Source: Spirochaetia bacterium (GTDB lineage: Bacteria > Spirochaetota > Spirochaetia > SZUA-6 > Bin103). From it: DNA of 64,000 bases. Each line of letters begins with the position of its first letter. Positions within the stretch are counted from its first letter, which is position 1. A model generated the notes under the pieces. The model saw only the letters and a program-made list of their open reading frames with translations, was not told the origin of the DNA and did not search any database. The position numbers and the translations under genes were made by a program. This document shows, one piece after another, positions 59,633 to 64,000 of the stretch. Location: NCBI GenBank assembly GCA_965199955.1, contig CBDATQ010000001.1:1184001-1248000 (forward strand). The letters run 5' to 3'.

Positions 59633-59665
59633 ACCCGACGCGGGCGCCGGCGAGCGGCCGCCGGC

Positions 59666-60154
59666 TCAGCCTTCGCTCTGTGGTGCGATGCTCCGGTAGG
59701 CGCCGCCGAAGAACAGCAGCGGATCGCCGTCTTCGGCGTCTCCGGCGACGATCCGGCCGATGAAGATCTCGTGGTCGCCGCCCGGCAGCCGATCGGTCAG
59801 CCGGCAGTCCACCCACGCCAGCGCGTCGCGGAACACCGGCGCGCCGGTCTCGGCGGTGCGCAGCGCGACGCCTTCCAGGCTCTTGGGGCCGGGGGTGGCG
59901 AAGCGCTGGGAGAGGTCTTCCTGGTCGCGGCGCAGGATGCTGACCGCGAAGGCCTCCGATTCGCTCAGCCGCTCGCGCATGGCGTTGCGCAGGTCGACCG
60001 CGAACAGGATCAGGGGAGGGGAGAGCGACAGCGACAGGAGCGAGTTGGCGGTCATCGCCCAGCCCGCGTCTCCGTGTCCGGTCGTCACCACGGAGACGCC
60101 CGTCGCGAACATGCCCATGATGCGGCGCTGCTCGCGGGGATCGAAGTCCGGCAT
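59666..60154 (-). CDS. Flavin reductase family protein
   Basis: FATGV.VVT, MTANS..SLSL.PPL, GGDH.IF.G, PLLF..G.Y. Confidence 0.9.
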   Translation of the reverse strand: MPDFDPREQRRIMGMFATGVSVVTTGHGDAGWAMTANSLLSLSLSPPLILFAVDLRNAMRERLSESEAFAVSILRRDQEDLSQRFATPGPKSLEGVALRTAETGAPVFRDALAWVDCRLTDRLPGGDHEIFIGRIVAGDAEDGDPLLFFGGAYRSIAPQSEG

Positions 60155-60165
60155 CAGCTGCTCCT

Positions 60166-61839
60166 CTACTGTATGGTCGAGACGAGCGTGTCGAGTCCCG
60201 CGGCCGGATCGGAACCCAGGTCGACGCGGAGCACGCGCCGGCCGGCGTCGAGCAGCGCCTGCCGGTCGCCGAGCGCCTGCGCCTCGATCAGCACCCCGAA
60301 CGACAGCGAGCTCGCCTCGGCGCCGTCACGGTCCGGAATCGGCAGGTCGTCCGTGTGGCCGGCCGTGAGCTGCATGAACGCGCCGGCGCCGGCATCGCCC
60401 TTGTGCAGTTGCCCGGTCGAGTGCAGGAAGCGCGGGCCGTAGCCGCAGGTCGTGGCAAGGCCGGTGAGCTCCAGGATGCGCCGACGCAGCCGGTCCAGCG
60501 CCGCGTCGGTGGCAGGCGTCGGCGCCAGGTAGGCGTGCAGCGCCACGTACCCGCGAGGTCCATCCGACTCCGTCGGCCACAGGAACGCCGCCAGTGCGCC
60601 GGGCACGTCTGCCGCGCCACCGCCGTACACGGTGAGGCCGTCGAGGGCCGCCGTCGGGATCAGGACCGGCAGGGAGCCGGCGTCGCGGTAGGCGTCGACC
60701 ATGCTCCGCGCCCCGACTTTGGCCGATTCCACGTTCGGCTGGTCGAAGGGGTTGATGCCCATCACGGCGCCGGCCACGGCGGTGGCGATCTCCCACCGGT
60801 ACATGACCGCGCCCAGTTCGTCGGTCGAGTCCAGGACGCACTCGGCCACCGGGTGGCCGGCTTCGGCCAGCGCATCGAGGCCGCCTGCCGGCTCGGTGCT
60901 CAGGCGATGGCCGACGAACACCCGGTCCTCGGGATAGCGGCCGGCGGCGAGCTCCATCTCGCCGTCCACCGGCAGAATGCCGCGGCCGTCCTTGCCGGTG
61001 CTCTCCGCGACGAGCTGCTCGATCCAGGCGCCGAGCGGAGCCAGACTCTTCGAGGAACGCAGCATCAGCTTGTCCCGCCCGGACCGCTCGGCAGCGCCCA
61101 GCAGGGCGCCCAGGGCTACCCCGGCGCTGTCCTCGATCGGCTGCACGGCCTCGACCGCGGCGGCCTCCAGCAGACGCGCGACATCCACGCCCATGAGCGC
61201 TGCCGGCACCAGGCCGAAGTTGGACAGCGCCGAGTAGCGGCCGCCCACCTCCGGGTCGCCGTACATCACGTGCGCCGCCCCGAGCTCGCGGGCCTCGCGC
61301 TCCAGGCCGGAGCCCGGATCGGTGATCGCCACCACGCGCGACTGCGCCGCCGCGCGGCCGAGCTCGCGGTCAAGCCACGTGAACAGGTGCCGGAACAGGC
61401 TGATCGTCTCCACCGTGCCGCCCGACTTGGTGGCGACCAGCACCAGCGTCCGCTCGGGCGGCGCCTCCGCCACCGCGGCGCGCACGGCGTCGGGATGCGT
61501 GCTGTCCAGCACGCGCAGGTTCAGGTATCCGGGGCGGCTGCCCAGCACGCGGCCGAACACCTCGGGCGCCAGGCTCGAGCCGCCCATGCCCAGCAGCAGC
61601 GCCCGGGTCAGGCCGGCCGCCCGAGCGTCGGCGACCACGCGCTCGATCGCGGGCAGCTCGGCGCTCATCGCCGTGGGAAGCGTCAGCCATCCCATGCGGT
61701 CGGCGATCTCGGTCGGGTCGGGACCCCAGACCGTGTGGTCGCGCGCCCGCAGCCGGTCGCCGATCCGTTCGGCGCCCAAGCGCTCCCGGCACGCCCGAAC
61801 CTCCGCCGCGAGGGAGGATGGGTCGCAGTGGAACGTCAA
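60166..61839 (-). CDS. pgi: Glucose-6-phosphate isomerase (Tal-associated type)
   Basis: RMGWL, LGMGGSSLAP, TKSGGTVET, ITDPGS, GGRYSALS, EQLVAESTGK, NPFDQPNVE.AK, HSTGQLHKG. Confidence 0.9.
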   Translation of the reverse strand: MTFHCDPSSLAAEVRACRERLGAERIGDRLRARDHTVWGPDPTEIADRMGWLTLPTAMSAELPAIERVVADARAAGLTRALLLGMGGSSLAPEVFGRVLGSRPGYLNLRVLDSTHPDAVRAAVAEAPPERTLVLVATKSGGTVETISLFRHLFTWLDRELGRAAAQSRVVAITDPGSGLEREARELGAAHVMYGDPEVGGRYSALSNFGLVPAALMGVDVARLLEAAAVEAVQPIEDSAGVALGALLGAAERSGRDKLMLRSSKSLAPLGAWIEQLVAESTGKDGRGILPVDGEMELAAGRYPEDRVFVGHRLSTEPAGGLDALAEAGHPVAECVLDSTDELGAVMYRWEIATAVAGAVMGINPFDQPNVESAKVGARSMVDAYRDAGSLPVLIPTAALDGLTVYGGGAADVPGALAAFLWPTESDGPRGYVALHAYLAPTPATDAALDRLRRRILELTGLATTCGYGPRFLHSTGQLHKGDAGAGAFMQLTAGHTDDLPIPDRDGAEASSLSFGVLIEAQALGDRQALLDAGRRVLRVDLGSDPAAGLDTLVSTIQ

Positions 61840-62936
61840 GCGGCCAGCTCGGACCGTTTGTGCTCGACCGACGCGAGCAGCGCGTCCAAGGACTCCGCGA
61901 ACGCGGCGACGCCGGCCTGCTGCAGGTCGGCCGTCACCCTGTCCAGGTCGACGCCGGCGCCGGCAAGCCCGTCGACATGGCGCCGCGCTTCGTCCACGCC
62001 CGCGGTCAACGTGACGGCGGCCGTGCCGCCGGCGCGGAATGCGTCCAGCGTCTCCGGAGGCATCGTGTTGACGGTGTCGGGCCCGATCAGGTCGTCCACG
62101 TACTTGGTGGCCGGGTAGGCCGGGTTCTTGGTGCTGGTGCTGGCCCAGAGCAGGCGCTGCACGCGGGCGCCGGCCGCTGCCACGTTTTCCCAGCGCTCCC
62201 CGGAGAAGATCGACTGGTACGCCGCGTAGGCGATCCTGGCGTTGGCGACCGCCGCCATGCCGAGCAGGGGCGAGCCGTCCGGCAGGGCGTCGTCGACCGC
62301 CGTGTCCACGCGGCTCACGAAGAACGACGCCACGGAGCCGATGCGGTTCACTGCGTGGCCGCCGGGCACGGTGGGTCCGTGTGCGGCCAGCGTGGTCAGG
62401 CCGTCCAGGTAGGCGGCTGCCACCCGGCGATAGCCGTCCACGGAGAACAGGAGCGTGACGTTGATGTTGATCCCGGAGCCGATCAGCTCGGCGATCGCGG
62501 GCACTCCGGCCGGGGTGCCGGGCACCTTGATCATCAGGTTCGGGCGGCCGACCGCCGCCGCCAGCCGCTTGGCAGCGGCAACCGTTCCCCGCGTGTCGTG
62601 GGCGAGCGCCGGGCTCACCTCCAGGCTCACGAACCCGTCGCGCCCGTCGAGCCGGTCGTAGGTGGGGCGCAACTCGTCGCAGGCGCGCGCGATGTCCGCG
62701 ATCGCCAGGGTCTCGTACGCCTGCTCCGTGGACGCGTCCCGGGGCACCTCGCGGAGTTGCTGGTCGTAGTCGTCGCTCTCGCCGATCGCCTTCTGGAAGA
62801 TGGTGGGGTTGGACGTGACCCCGCGCACGCCCTCGGCTACCAGCCGGGAAAGGCCGGCGTCGCGCAGGAAGCTGCGCTGGATGAAGTCGAGCCAGACCGC
62901 CTGGCCCAGTTGCGTCAGATCGTGTGGTGTCGGCAC
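61836..62936 (-). CDS. tal: Transaldolase
   Basis: AAGGAG RBS plus GTG; GQAVWLD, GVTSNPTIF, SLEVSP, MIKVP, NVTLLFS, SFFVSRVD, LWASTSTK. Confidence 0.94.
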   Translation of the reverse strand: MPTPHDLTQLGQAVWLDFIQRSFLRDAGLSRLVAEGVRGVTSNPTIFQKAIGESDDYDQQLREVPRDASTEQAYETLAIADIARACDELRPTYDRLDGRDGFVSLEVSPALAHDTRGTVAAAKRLAAAVGRPNLMIKVPGTPAGVPAIAELIGSGININVTLLFSVDGYRRVAAAYLDGLTTLAAHGPTVPGGHAVNRIGSVASFFVSRVDTAVDDALPDGSPLLGMAAVANARIAYAAYQSIFSGERWENVAAAGARVQRLLWASTSTKNPAYPATKYVDDLIGPDTVNTMPPETLDAFRAGGTAAVTLTAGVDEARRHVDGLAGAGVDLDRVTADLQQAGVAAFAESLDALLASVEHKRSELAA

Positions 62937-63083
62937 CGCGGGTCTCCTTGAGTGATTACGCCACATGGTACCGCGCGCGTTCGATGGCAGTCATGCGACG
63001 GAACCCGGCAGGGACGTCTTCGAGCCGCTGTTTCGCGATCGATCATTCTTGTCTGGATCGGCCGGCGCGGGTAGGCTCGATCG

Positions 63084-63782
63084 ATGAAGCCGCAGTCCGC
63101 CCGACCCCGCTACCTCGACGCCATCACGGCGCTGTTCGTGACCACGCTGGTGGTTTCGAACATCATCGCCGGCAAGCAGGTCGCCTTCACCGCGACCATC
63201 GTCCTGCCCGCCGCGGTGATCCTGTTCCCGCTGACCTACATCCTCGCGGACGTGCTCACCGAGGTGTACGGCTACCAGCGCTGCCGCCGGGTGATCTGGA
63301 TCGGCTTTCTCTGCAACGCCGTGGCAGTCATCGCCATCGCGATCGGCGGCTGGCTGCGGCCGGCCGGATTCTGGGACGGCCAGGACGCCTACCTGCGCAC
63401 CCTGGGCGCGGTCCCGCGCATCGTGGCGGCATCGTTCCTGGCCTACCTCGCCGGCGAGTTCGTCAATTCGTTCGTGCTCGCCAAGCTCAAGGTGGCCACC
63501 TCGGGCAGGATGCTGTGGCTGCGCACGATCGGCAGCACGGTGGTCGGCCAGTTGATCGACTCAGGCGTGTTCATCACGGTCGCCTTCATCGGCGTGTTCC
63601 CTTCCGGCCAGGTGCTGCAACTGATCGTGGCGCAGTGGCTGTTCAAGGTCGCGTACGAGACGGTCGCCACGCCACTGACCTACGCCGTGGTGGGCTGGCT
63701 GAAGCGGAGCGAGGGCGTCGACCATTTCGACACCGGGACCGACTTCACGCCGCTTCGCGTGGGCGTGCCGTCCCGTGGCTGA
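63084..63782 (+). CDS. yhhQ: Queuosine precursor transporter (YhhQ/VUT family)
   Basis: SNI..GK, FPLTY...D..TEVYG, PRI..AS..AY..GEF.NS, LR...ST..GQ..DS; directly upstream of queF. Confidence 0.88.
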   Translation: MKPQSARPRYLDAITALFVTTLVVSNIIAGKQVAFTATIVLPAAVILFPLTYILADVLTEVYGYQRCRRVIWIGFLCNAVAVIAIAIGGWLRPAGFWDGQDAYLRTLGAVPRIVAASFLAYLAGEFVNSFVLAKLKVATSGRMLWLRTIGSTVVGQLIDSGVFITVAFIGVFPSGQVLQLIVAQWLFKVAYETVATPLTYAVVGWLKRSEGVDHFDTGTDFTPLRVGVPSRG

Positions 63783-64000
63783 GGATTCCCCGGCCGGCGA
63801 CGAGCTGACCCTGCTCGGCGCGGAGGGCGTCGCCCAACCGTCCCGGAAGCTGGAGACGTTCCCGAACCGCAGCCCGGACCGACCCTACCTGGTGAGCCTG
63901 GAGTGCCCGGAGTTCACCTGCGTGTGCCCGATGACCGCTCAGCCGGACTTCGCCACCATCTCCATCCGCTACATCCCCGACCAGCGGGTCGTGGAGTCCA
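63775..64000 (+). CDS. queF: NADPH-dependent 7-cyano-7-deazaguanine reductase (preQ1 synthase), 5' part
   Basis: Read manually: LETFPN...Y.V...CPEFTCVCPMTAQPDFA.I.I.YIP....VES; runs off the window. Confidence 0.9.
   Translation, partial: MAEDSPAGDELTLLGAEGVAQPSRKLETFPNRSPDRPYLVSLECPEFTCVCPMTAQPDFATISIRYIPDQRVVES

Noticed and set aside
62940..63083. preQ1 riboswitch upstream of yhhQ-queF
   Set aside because: No recognisable preQ1-I stem-loop with an A-rich 3' tail; a covariance search would be needed to exclude other classes.

Overview
High-GC bacterial chromosomal window. The spirochaete-type MraY, the FlgD/OmpA repeat protein and the 'FAAG.EE' ABC signal peptide suggest an uncultured Spirochaetota; this is an inference. 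It is a dense mosaic of housekeeping genes (mraY, prs, rpsR, metG, rlmN, cobU, tal, pgi, queF/yhhQ) and sugar/uronate catabolism genes (uxaE, enolase-family enzyme, three Gfo/Idh/MocA enzymes, a GH88-like hydrolase, a VPS10/BNR hydrolase, a sugar ABC transporter). It also carries a giant 12-repeat Ig/OmpA envelope protein, an NAD-dependent formate dehydrogenase and a P450. Accessory and decaying elements: two independently inserted IS1634 copies (one intact, one deleted) either side of a lower-GC, frameshifted PD-(D/E)XK-like gene; an IS630 remnant; a divergent hicB-hicA-like pair; a fused MNT-HEPN ORF; an orphan Phd antitoxin; and pseudogenes (purF, yqiJ/yqiK, a PIN fragment, an ABC permease). 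Most notable: (i) a LigD with intact phosphoesterase and polymerase domains whose ligase domain has lost the adenylated lysine and other motifs; (ii) many short tandem duplications at gene boundaries plus repeat-bounded deletions; (iii) a stand-alone Cys-free S18 with a 5x7-aa repeat tail; (iv) a PhyH-family enzyme lacking the HxD carboxylate inside an OYE-SDR-GH88 cluster. No rRNA, tRNA or CRISPR array was seen.
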